Shown in pieces: positions 19,255-27,178 of a DNA stretch of 33,693 bases (the stretch's first letter is position 1; each line of letters begins with the position of its first letter). The translations under genes were made by a program, and so were the position numbers. Location: assembly GCA_021399395.1 (NCBI GenBank), contig JAAFKJ010000146.1:1-33693 (forward strand), given 5' to 3'. The notes under the pieces are model-generated. The model did no database searches and was not told where the DNA came from. It worked only from the letters and a program-made list of their open reading frames with translations. Source of the stretch: Candidatus Heimdallarchaeota archaeon (GTDB lineage Archaea > Asgardarchaeota > Heimdallarchaeia > Heimdallarchaeales > Heimdallarchaeaceae).

Positions 19255-19379
19255 TGTTACAACTCTTTGTATTTTTATTTAGATGTTGCTAATCCATTTA
19301 AAAAAACTAACATTGGGACATGAACAAAAAAGTCCCAGGTTTTAAGGTGAAAAAAAATGAAGGAAACGGCGCTTAGGGA

Positions 19380-20681
19380 CTATCTTGAGGTGATTCTTAA
19401 TCTAGACTTGCATGCAGGACATGTACCATTTCCAACAATCCATTGATATAGATGATTCTTATGATATGCTATATCGCAAGAAGGACATCTGATTAGATTA
19501 CTATGATCATCAATAATCTGCAAACAAATTGAACACTTTACTTTGCTAGGTTCAGAAGTTCTAAGTTCATAATCTTCTGAATTATTATCAAAATTAACTG
19601 CATGTGTAGGTTGAGGTTTATATGATACATTCTCATTTGCATACTGATATTTCTGAGATGGATTGAAATCTATAATGTCTCTTTTCCGTTTTTTCTTTAT
19701 TGAAGATCGTATGAATGCAACTATAATTCCAACAACTATTATTCCTATTATTAGATACTTTAGAATATTCAGAACAAATACAAGGATACCAAAACCTATG
19801 TAATTAGGATGATAATACTCAACATACCACCAGTACTGGTAATCTGAATGGACTAAATCTAGAGGTATTTCGTGTAAACTATAGTCTCCTTTATTCAAAA
19901 ATAATCTTACAATAAATGGCGTGTCCATTTGATCATAAAATAATTTAATAGACATCCAATCTGTTGAATTGTAATTTTCAAGATTAAAACTGAGCCTATA
20001 CCATATTTCCGGAAAAACGTGAGCACCTATGAATATGTAGTTTTCAGGAAACAGAGCCATGGATGCCTCAATGAACTCTTCAGTTTCATTATATTCATCA
20101 TAAACTCCAACAGAGAACATACTGTCATTACTAAAATTCTTTTCAAATCCTAAAACCATTTGAATTACATCTTGATAATTTTCTGTTCTTTCTACTCCAA
20201 AATAAATATCAAATTCTGGTTTACATATTAATTCGTAAGTCCATAGTGTATACTTTTCACTCACAATTAGGTCGTAACCAATTTCTTCTACATTCATACA
20301 ATTGAATACAATTCTAACTATTCCTGCTACTCTTGTATCAGTAGAAAAATAATGTTCTTCAACATCATTGTATGTTATAAGCCAACTTTTCAATTCTGTA
20401 TCATTTGCATCAAATACTAAGCTAATCATCAGCCCTTGATACATCCCTTCGAGATCATCTCCCCAATTATTGACTTGTAATCTAAACTCTAAGTAATCAA
20501 AATCAACATAAGCATATGTTGTTGTTTCATTAAATTCAGAACTTACATTTAGTTGATGAATTGCTTCTTCTGAAGTAAATTGAGTCTCATTCTTAATCTC
20601 TCTACTTAATGTCAAAGTACTAAGAAGTACCATAGAGAGCAGAAGAAAAAAAATGAAAAGGGGAATTTTCGCTTTTCGCAC
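19380..20681 (-). CDS. Type-I single-pass membrane protein with C-terminal RING finger (putative E3 ligase)
   Basis: Signal peptide, ~270-aa ectodomain, TM followed by KKKRKR, and RING C-x2-C-x12-C-x2-C-x4-H-x2-H-x10-C-x2-C with the conserved W. GTG start with GGTGA SD. Confidence 0.85.
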   Translation of the reverse strand: MRKAKIPLFIFFLLLSMVLLSTLTLSREIKNETQFTSEEAIHQLNVSSEFNETTTYAYVDFDYLEFRLQVNNWGDDLEGMYQGLMISLVFDANDTELKSWLITYNDVEEHYFSTDTRVAGIVRIVFNCMNVEEIGYDLIVSEKYTLWTYELICKPEFDIYFGVERTENYQDVIQMVLGFEKNFSNDSMFSVGVYDEYNETEEFIEASMALFPENYIFIGAHVFPEIWYRLSFNLENYNSTDWMSIKLFYDQMDTPFIVRLFLNKGDYSLHEIPLDLVHSDYQYWWYVEYYHPNYIGFGILVFVLNILKYLIIGIIVVGIIVAFIRSSIKKKRKRDIIDFNPSQKYQYANENVSYKPQPTHAVNFDNNSEDYELRTSEPSKVKCSICLQIIDDHSNLIRCPSCDIAYHKNHLYQWIVGNGTCPACKSRLRITSR

Positions 20682-20686
20682 TTAGA

Positions 20687-22789
20687 TCACCTTTTACGTT
20701 TAATTACAACTATAGTTACACCAATACTCAGTAAAGCTATAAAGAGTGACCAAAAGTTGAACGGTGTTGCGTCATATCCTGTCCAGTAATGATCATATGG
20801 ATCATATTCATCTTCATAGTTAAAAGATATGGAAATTTCACCTGTGTGATATTCAGCATAGACTAATATATACAAGTCTTCTTCTGGTAATATTACTTCT
20901 GAAGAGCCAGTGCTAATGTGTTCCCAATTACTTGCATTAAAGACTATTATGCATGTTTGAACTATTTGCGAATCAGCAACAAAGCTTCTATCTCTTTCAT
21001 CATTTCGAATATTATTGACTCTAAATAGATATGCTTCAGTTTTATCAATATCTTCTGTTATACTTTGTTCAAAATTCAAGTTTAGAGGTCTAACATTAGT
21101 TACAACAACTCTAGCAGAGTCCTGGGCTATTAGTGATACCTTTACCAGATGATCCTTTTTAACTGTCACAGTCTGGAATGCTACATCGTTATTATCAAGT
21201 ATAATTGCGGAATCATTGATGTCTGCTGCAAGTGCACTAAAACTATCTGATTGTTTTGAAAAAATTAAACCAAATGAATCTGTTAAAGCATCTCCAATAA
21301 GTTTGCATATTATTCCTTGATTTGGGAGTAATATGTACTCTTTTCTTATGCCTGTGTTTATCAATTCCTTATTTTCTAAATCAGATATATTGACTTCAAC
21401 AATTTCTGTTAAACCTGAATTACCTAACCAATCTTCTGAATAAACTTGGTAATACAGCAGATTGTATGATTGATCGTAAGGAACCGATATAACATAACTA
21501 AAGTTAAAGACTTGGGTAGCATTAGCAATAATCCAGAAATTGATATTATCTGTCTTATAGTAGATATCAACAAAAGCAGTTCCAGTAACATCTTTCACTT
21601 CACACATAATACTGACAAATTTTTCATCTGTTATGAAGTCCTCAGTGATGTAGGTCCAAGAGTCTATCTCGGGGGCGATATCATCAAGTAACACAACAAA
21701 GACTTTGTCGATTGTTTCAACAATATCTAAATCATTTAGATGTGAAAGAGTCACTGTTATTTTGAGATTTAATTCAGTAGCATAGTAAACAACGAGTTCT
21801 CCTATAATTTCTGGTATGTCTCCGGTTTGATATCCATCTCCACCTAATAGAATATAAGTACCGTCAGTATACTCAGCTCCTGATTCTAGTTGTTGTTTTG
21901 TCAAACTGTCAGCTCCACTAGCAGCTATGGAACACAAAATGAAATTTTCAAGCTCTAGATTTTCAAACAACTCATATAACAACACACCATTATAATCTGC
22001 TGTTGATCCGGCACCTATCACCTCTCCTCCATCGCAGGGTTCATCTGTTATTAAAACAATCAACTTAACAACATCTTCTCTCCAATCTAATCTGTTCTGA
22101 GCAACCCAAAGGGCATCTCCCCAAGGTTCATGACTACCCTCAGCATCAGTAAATTTAAGCACACTTACAATTTCTTCAACATTGTTGGTTAAAGGGTATA
22201 CTAGTTCTGAATCAAGATAAGGATTAGAAGAATACCCTCCAAACAGAATTAGACTGATTCGAAGATCAGATACTTGATCACTTATTTCATTAATTACACC
22301 TGCTAATTCATCTGTAAGAGCATCAATCTCATCTCCCATAGAACCTGACTGATCTAGAACTATAGCTAAATCTAATGAATTTGAAGATACACTCGAGTCA
22401 GAAGCTTCTATAATATATTCTTGTGACAACCATGATTCATAAATTCCGAGAGTATCTTTTGTTTCATTTAGAGGATTCATTATTGTACCGTAATCGTTGG
22501 TGTGTGATGCCAGTTCAAGTTGATTTAGTTCTTGTGAAGACAGATTAGTTATATTGAATTGAATAGCGAATGAACTGTCTGGAAGAGTTGAAGGAATACC
22601 ATCTGCCCTATGAGAAGGTAGATCTGATATCATTTCAATAGTAACATTTGCCAGAGGACTTTCCGATAAAAGAACATCCGCTGGGGATTCTAAAATGCGT
22701 TCTCCCTGTCCAAAAACTGTCAGGGAGGGAACAATTAGGCAGCTGATTAGAGCCACCGAAAACAATATTTCTTTTTTATTTAATTTCAA
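20687..22789 (-). CDS. Cell-surface von Willebrand factor A domain protein
   Basis: Signal peptide from TTG 22789 (ATG 22819 is an alternative), MIDAS DQSGS, LDWRxxVVKLIVLITDEP, beta-rich C-terminal domains, and a TPF-TM-KRKR anchor. Confidence 0.88.
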   Translation of the reverse strand: MKLNKKEILFSVALISCLIVPSLTVFGQGERILESPADVLLSESPLANVTIEMISDLPSHRADGIPSTLPDSSFAIQFNITNLSSQELNQLELASHTNDYGTIMNPLNETKDTLGIYESWLSQEYIIEASDSSVSSNSLDLAIVLDQSGSMGDEIDALTDELAGVINEISDQVSDLRISLILFGGYSSNPYLDSELVYPLTNNVEEIVSVLKFTDAEGSHEPWGDALWVAQNRLDWREDVVKLIVLITDEPCDGGEVIGAGSTADYNGVLLYELFENLELENFILCSIAASGADSLTKQQLESGAEYTDGTYILLGGDGYQTGDIPEIIGELVVYYATELNLKITVTLSHLNDLDIVETIDKVFVVLLDDIAPEIDSWTYITEDFITDEKFVSIMCEVKDVTGTAFVDIYYKTDNINFWIIANATQVFNFSYVISVPYDQSYNLLYYQVYSEDWLGNSGLTEIVEVNISDLENKELINTGIRKEYILLPNQGIICKLIGDALTDSFGLIFSKQSDSFSALAADINDSAIILDNNDVAFQTVTVKKDHLVKVSLIAQDSARVVVTNVRPLNLNFEQSITEDIDKTEAYLFRVNNIRNDERDRSFVADSQIVQTCIIVFNASNWEHISTGSSEVILPEEDLYILVYAEYHTGEISISFNYEDEYDPYDHYWTGYDATPFNFWSLFIALLSIGVTIVVIKRKR

Positions 22790-22794
22790 TAGTA

Positions 22795-22814
22795 TCAATA
22801 TATCGATATATTGA
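22795..22814. promoter_or_regulatory. Perfect 20-bp palindrome, candidate operator 1
   Basis: TCAATATATCGATATATTGA is its own reverse complement and lies just upstream of the vWA start. Confidence 0.7.
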
Positions 22815-22858
22815 AACATTAATAAGGATTGTGAACGGGGAAGTGATTGCCCAAAATA

Positions 22859-22878
22859 TCAATATTCCGATATCTTTA
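22859..22878. promoter_or_regulatory. Degenerate second copy of the palindrome, candidate operator 2
   Basis: TCAATATTCCGATATCTTTA matches operator 1 at 16/20 and overlaps the TTTATA box (22875-22880) of the wHTH gene. Confidence 0.6.
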
Positions 22879-22904
22879 TATTGTTCTGTGCGTATACCAA
22901 TTCA

Positions 22905-23264
22905 ATGACAGAGAAGTATTTCAAAAAAATGATAGAACTTCTAGAAGAAATGAATATCCGATTAAAGAATATTGAGAAATCTCTAGGTACAGAAATCTCA
23001 CCAATTTCTTCTTTGGATTTACTTACTAAGATTCCTAAATCTCATCTAGAAACATATTTTGCAATACAAAAACTAGAAGAAGCAACATGTAAAGAGGTTG
23101 CTGATGAAACAGGTAGAGCTTTCAACTTAGAATCCAGATACTTAGTTCGGTTGCACGAACTTGGTTTTTTGGATAGACGACGAGATCCAGTTACTAAACA
23201 AACTAAGGATAATCCCAATAAAAGAGGCACAGAAGTTAAATACTTCTTGAAGGAGAGTAAATAA
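22905..23264 (+). CDS. Winged-helix DNA-binding protein with N-terminal coiled coil
   Basis: KKMIELLEEMNIRLKNIEKSL zipper, then ATCKEVADETGRAFNLESRYLVRLHELGFL HTH. ATG 22905 lies ~25 nt after TTTATA, consistent with a leaderless transcript. Confidence 0.85.
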   Translation: MTEKYFKKMIELLEEMNIRLKNIEKSLGTEISPISSLDLLTKIPKSHLETYFAIQKLEEATCKEVADETGRAFNLESRYLVRLHELGFLDRRRDPVTKQTKDNPNKRGTEVKYFLKESK

Positions 23265-23265
23265 G

Positions 23266-24030
23266 ATGAAGACAATTAGTGTTCATAGTTACAAAGGCGG
23301 AACAGGTAAGACAACTTTTCTGTTGAATCTAGCTGGTTACTTAGCAAAGGAAGGAAAGAAAATTCTGGCAATCGATTATGATTTAAGAGCTCCATCCTTT
23401 CAATCATATTTCAAAATAGATAATCTTGTATCTCTTTCTGACTATCTACTTCATGATAAACCTCTATCAAAAGTCGTTTTTCCATGTCGAGTAGATGATG
23501 AGATGCACTTGGATCTTGTGTTTTCATCAATGGAATTTCTCCAACAACATTCTAAACAGAGAGATCAATTGTCTAGAGATGACTCAAAATTCCTTTCTAA
23601 GATGTTTGAGCTTCAAAGAACCATGTCAAAGAATTATGATTACTTACTGATTGATACAATTCCTGGATTTTTCTATAGATCAATAGACTCAATGATGATT
23701 TCTAATACAATTATCGTAGTTGCAAATCCCAGTACATCAAATATTTTAGGAATAGAAGAATTAAGTAATAATATCTACTCAATGTTAAGTAAAGATACAG
23801 AAATGATTCTATTAATTAATAAGATTGAAGAAGAAGGAATTCAAGCTGATAAAACTATCTTCGAGGAGAATCTTTCAAATCTTAAGAAATTAGGAAAGCA
23901 GAACTTCGATCAATGTATAGAGATTCCTTTTTTCAATATGCTCAGCGAGAGGATCTATGCTTTTGAAGAAGAAACAAATAAAGAATTTATAGAAATAATA
24001 AGTAAATTAGTAAATTTGATTAGAGAATGA
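23266..24030 (+). CDS. MinD/ParA family ATPase
   Basis: Deviant Walker A SYKGGTGKTT, IDYDLRAPS, DYLLIDTIPG, LLINK. Confidence 0.92.
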   Translation: MKTISVHSYKGGTGKTTFLLNLAGYLAKEGKKILAIDYDLRAPSFQSYFKIDNLVSLSDYLLHDKPLSKVVFPCRVDDEMHLDLVFSSMEFLQQHSKQRDQLSRDDSKFLSKMFELQRTMSKNYDYLLIDTIPGFFYRSIDSMMISNTIIVVANPSTSNILGIEELSNNIYSMLSKDTEMILLINKIEEEGIQADKTIFEENLSNLKKLGKQNFDQCIEIPFFNMLSERIYAFEEETNKEFIEIISKLVNLIRE

Positions 24031-25454
24031 GAAAAATGAGTAAAGAAGAGGAATTTCAAAACGAGGAACTTCAAAAAATACAGAATTATCTTAAAGATTC
24101 CCAGAAAAACATTGAAAGGATGAAAAAAGGTAAGAAACCTAGAAGGAAATTTAGGTTCATCGTAAAGGAAAATAAGCTTCTTTTCACATTAATTTCACTT
24201 ATGCTTCTCACTGGTCCTTTTTTCTCACTAATTCAGAATCAAACACCTCCAGAAGTCGTATATCCATACAGTGATGCAATTGCAAATACATTGGATACTC
24301 TGGATTCGAACTTTACAACTGAAGCTGGATTTCCAGTTCATGAGACAGTATCTGAAAATACAAGTTCGGAGTTAATTATCTTATATTCACTGGTAAACTC
24401 TATGTTGATTGATTGTGATCTATTAGCAAAAGAAGAACATGTACTACAGAAAATATCATACATATTTCAAATAATCGAGAATGGTACTTTTAGAGATTTC
24501 AATGAAATTACTACTAAACTTCCAGTTTTTTACCAGTTTCTAGGAATATATACACTTATGCAAGCATATTATATTCTACAAAATACCTCTTATGCATTCA
24601 CTTTCAACCTTATTGATAATGTTATTAATTCAACTATAACTGACTTTGTGCGATATGATATATGGCCGTATTTCTATACGGTATCAGAGGGTACAAATAC
24701 AACGATTTTAGCTGACCAATCTCTTGCAGTAGCTGTTCTAGCTACTTATATGCTGCTAACAGGCATCCAGGAAGTTTTTGGTTGGGATCTTAAAGAGGTA
24801 ACAGAAAGCTTGGTAGATAGGATAGAAAGCCGCTTCTATATTTCCATCTCAAAATCATTTTACCATCAATATGAAATGGATACACATATTGGTTCAGGAT
24901 TATCAACGTGCCAAGATTTAGTGTTCACTTCATTTGGTTTATCAAGAATGGAGAAGTATTCAGCAAGTCACACTTTTCCTATTAGTAGTTCAAGTGTTCA
25001 TCAAAAAGTAATAAATGAACTAGTTGATTTAAATTGGTTAGTTCATGAAACTGATAGAATAGACTCAATTATTCTGATTGAGAACCAAGCATATTTTTCG
25101 ATGATATCCTACCTTTTGAACCTAAAAAACGTAGGTGTAGAAATTCAAAATGCAACTGCAACTTATTTCTATATGGCAGATGGATTCATTGCAGACAAAA
25201 TTGATTCAACAATAACCGCTGAGTCATGTTTGTATGGTTTGATGACCATACTAGTGTCAGATTGGGGTACTATTCAGAATGGTAGGGAATATAATAGCGA
25301 ACCACGACCAACCCCAACAGAGACAGGATATGAACCATCAAATAGTATCAATATTACAATCGTGTTTCTTACAGTTCTAGTATACACTGTTATTTCCAGA
25401 ATAATTGTGAGATTTAGAAAACGAAAAACAATTGGTGACCAGGCCGAGATTTGA
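24027..25454 (+). CDS. Membrane-anchored extracellular helical protein with N- and C-terminal TM segments
   Basis: ATGA overlap with the ATPase stop. Basic N-region and TM, helical body with NxT sequons, P/T linker (PRPTPTET), TM and RFRKRK. Vague (alpha/alpha)-barrel-like pattern, unconfirmed. Confidence 0.75.
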   Translation: MRKMSKEEEFQNEELQKIQNYLKDSQKNIERMKKGKKPRRKFRFIVKENKLLFTLISLMLLTGPFFSLIQNQTPPEVVYPYSDAIANTLDTLDSNFTTEAGFPVHETVSENTSSELIILYSLVNSMLIDCDLLAKEEHVLQKISYIFQIIENGTFRDFNEITTKLPVFYQFLGIYTLMQAYYILQNTSYAFTFNLIDNVINSTITDFVRYDIWPYFYTVSEGTNTTILADQSLAVAVLATYMLLTGIQEVFGWDLKEVTESLVDRIESRFYISISKSFYHQYEMDTHIGSGLSTCQDLVFTSFGLSRMEKYSASHTFPISSSSVHQKVINELVDLNWLVHETDRIDSIILIENQAYFSMISYLLNLKNVGVEIQNATATYFYMADGFIADKIDSTITAESCLYGLMTILVSDWGTIQNGREYNSEPRPTPTETGYEPSNSINITIVFLTVLVYTVISRIIVRFRKRKTIGDQAEI

Positions 25455-25539
25455 ACTCGGGGTCACATGCATGATAGCTTGGAGGAAGCATCCTAGCAAG
25501 TCCCCAAGCATGTATCATACCAAGCTTGACTACCTGGTC
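25433..25539 (-). tRNA. tRNA-Pro(GGG) with 30-nt intron and encoded CCA
   Basis: Acceptor stem GACCAGG/CCTGGTC-A-CCA, D arm GTCA..TGAT, anticodon stem CATGC/GCATG with loop TT-GGG-G|T, T arm CCGAG-TTCAAAT-CTCGG. Confidence 0.93.
25472..25501 (-). other. tRNA intron at canonical position 37/38 (BHB type)
   Basis: ACTTGCTAGGATGCTTCCTCCAAGCTATCA forms CTTG/CAAG and AGGA/TCCT stems. Central helix UUGG/CUAU flanked by 3-nt bulges. Confidence 0.85.
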
Positions 25540-25617
25540 TTGGTTAATCCTCAACAAATGAATTGGATTTTAAGCTTTTCTATGTACAAAAGCTAATAAA
25601 TTGCACTAGTCTCTAGT

Positions 25618-26145
25618 TTATTTGTTTAATAAAATCAGTTCTGAAACACTCTTTAGTAATTCCAAATGGTCCTCTTTCCATCGTTTTTCTTTTTTCACCG
25701 TTTCAAAACCTATGAATCCTATGGGAATCTTCTCCCCTGATATTGGAATTGCTAAAATACTCTTTACACCTTGAAATTCCATTAACTCTTTCATTGATTT
25801 TGCTTCTTCTGTTAACTCGTGAATGCTATTTATCCAAGCAAACTCTAGCTTATCATAAACAACACTTTTGTAAAAAGGGAATAGGTCAATCGGTACATTT
25901 TGTTGATCAGCTTTAACTGAATGGATTCCTCTTTTGCAAAATTCGTGTGTATTATTTGCTATAATAAATCCATTTTCATCTTCAGCGAAAAAATATACAT
26001 AAACTCTATCAGAACCAGAGAATTTTCCTATGTTTTTAATCCACTCTGCAATTTTATCATCTAAGGTACTTTGAGTTTGATTAATCTTTTTCAAACGCTG
26101 AATCTCTTTTTCTACTTTCCTAGATTTGGTACTTTCTGATGACAT
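25618..26145 (-). CDS. Stand-alone GAF domain protein
   Basis: SDRVYVYFF..NTHEFC..G, QGVKSILAIPI...IGFIGFE...WxxxxxxLL pattern of sensor GAF domains, with no output domain. Confidence 0.85.
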   Translation of the reverse strand: MSSESTKSRKVEKEIQRLKKINQTQSTLDDKIAEWIKNIGKFSGSDRVYVYFFAEDENGFIIANNTHEFCKRGIHSVKADQQNVPIDLFPFYKSVVYDKLEFAWINSIHELTEEAKSMKELMEFQGVKSILAIPISGEKIPIGFIGFETVKKEKRWKEDHLELLKSVSELILLNK

Positions 26146-26249
26146 CTGACATATTTAAAGTAATTTTTCAAACATTTAAGAATTTTGGATATTTGATTGA
26201 AATTAGCTTTTTCAGTAAGTATTTTAAACTTTAACACTTTAAATGATAC

Positions 26250-26993
26250 ATGAAACCAAACACTAGTTTGCTTCATGAGATGTCTTGGACTGATATTGAA
26301 AAATTGGATAAAGAAACTACAGTATTCCTACTTCCAGTGGGAAGTACTGAACAACACGGCCCTCAAAACCCTTTAGGAACAGATTTCTTAATTGCTGAAC
26401 ACGTTGCGAGAAAATCTGCATTTTTGTCGATGCAAGCCTATTGCTTGCCAACACTTCCTATTGGAGTTGCCTCTCATCATAGAAACTTCGCAGGAACACT
26501 TTGGACATCACGAGAAACGCTTGAAAAGCTTATAAAAGATGTAATAAACTCAATAAATTACCATGGATTTAAGAAAATCATTGTTATCAATGGTCATGGT
26601 GGTAATACTTCATCAATTATGAATGCCATATCTGATTATAATGACACTAAGGAAACGCTGTGTACTTTGTTTGAGTGGTGGAGAGATGAGGAAATTATAA
26701 ATTCAGTATTTGGTACTCCTTCTGCAATACATGCTGATGCAATAGAAACATCAGCTGTTTGGGCAGTACGACCAGATCTAGCTAAAGAGGAGAGATTAAC
26801 AGGTTTGACTTCTGCGGAAGAATGGGGAAGAAAGATTGGAAATTTATATTTTCCTTCTAGAACTGATCAATTTACTGCAACTGGAATTGCTGGGAGACTT
26901 GAAGGAATTTCGATTGAAAAAGGTGATCAAGCTCTTGAGAAAGTAATAGAGAAACTTGTGAAAGCTATAGAACATCTTTCTATCTATCAATAA
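26250..26993 (+). CDS. Creatininase / creatinine amidohydrolase family protein
   Basis: LPVGSTEQHGPxNPLGTD, SHHxxFAGT, INGHGGN, HADAIETS motifs. Confidence 0.93.
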   Translation: MKPNTSLLHEMSWTDIEKLDKETTVFLLPVGSTEQHGPQNPLGTDFLIAEHVARKSAFLSMQAYCLPTLPIGVASHHRNFAGTLWTSRETLEKLIKDVINSINYHGFKKIIVINGHGGNTSSIMNAISDYNDTKETLCTLFEWWRDEEIINSVFGTPSAIHADAIETSAVWAVRPDLAKEERLTGLTSAEEWGRKIGNLYFPSRTDQFTATGIAGRLEGISIEKGDQALEKVIEKLVKAIEHLSIYQ

Positions 26994-27178
26994 CAGAGAA
27001 ATTAAGATCTATGACGCTCTTTGTCCCTTAAATTGTACAAATTGTTCTTGCAACTCGAATATTCTAAGAAACATTTTGTAGTCTAATCTTATTTTGTACT
27101 TGTAGCCCAATACCTGTCTTTTTGTAATTAGGAGATATGGCGACAAAACAATTTATAAACACTTAAGGGATTTACAAA

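Noticed and set aside
22831-22840. GTGAACGGGG also present in the ncRNA candidate (reverse complement at 30051-30060)
   Set aside because: A single 10-mer match is expected by chance in a window of this size.
27009-27146. ~45-codon minus-strand ORF in the spacer
   Set aside because: TTG start with no SD or recognisable motif; unsupported.
27137-27166. 9-codon uORF with GGAG SD, in frame with 27179-28891
   Set aside because: Spans the probable TATA box of the downstream gene, so it likely lies upstream of the transcript start.
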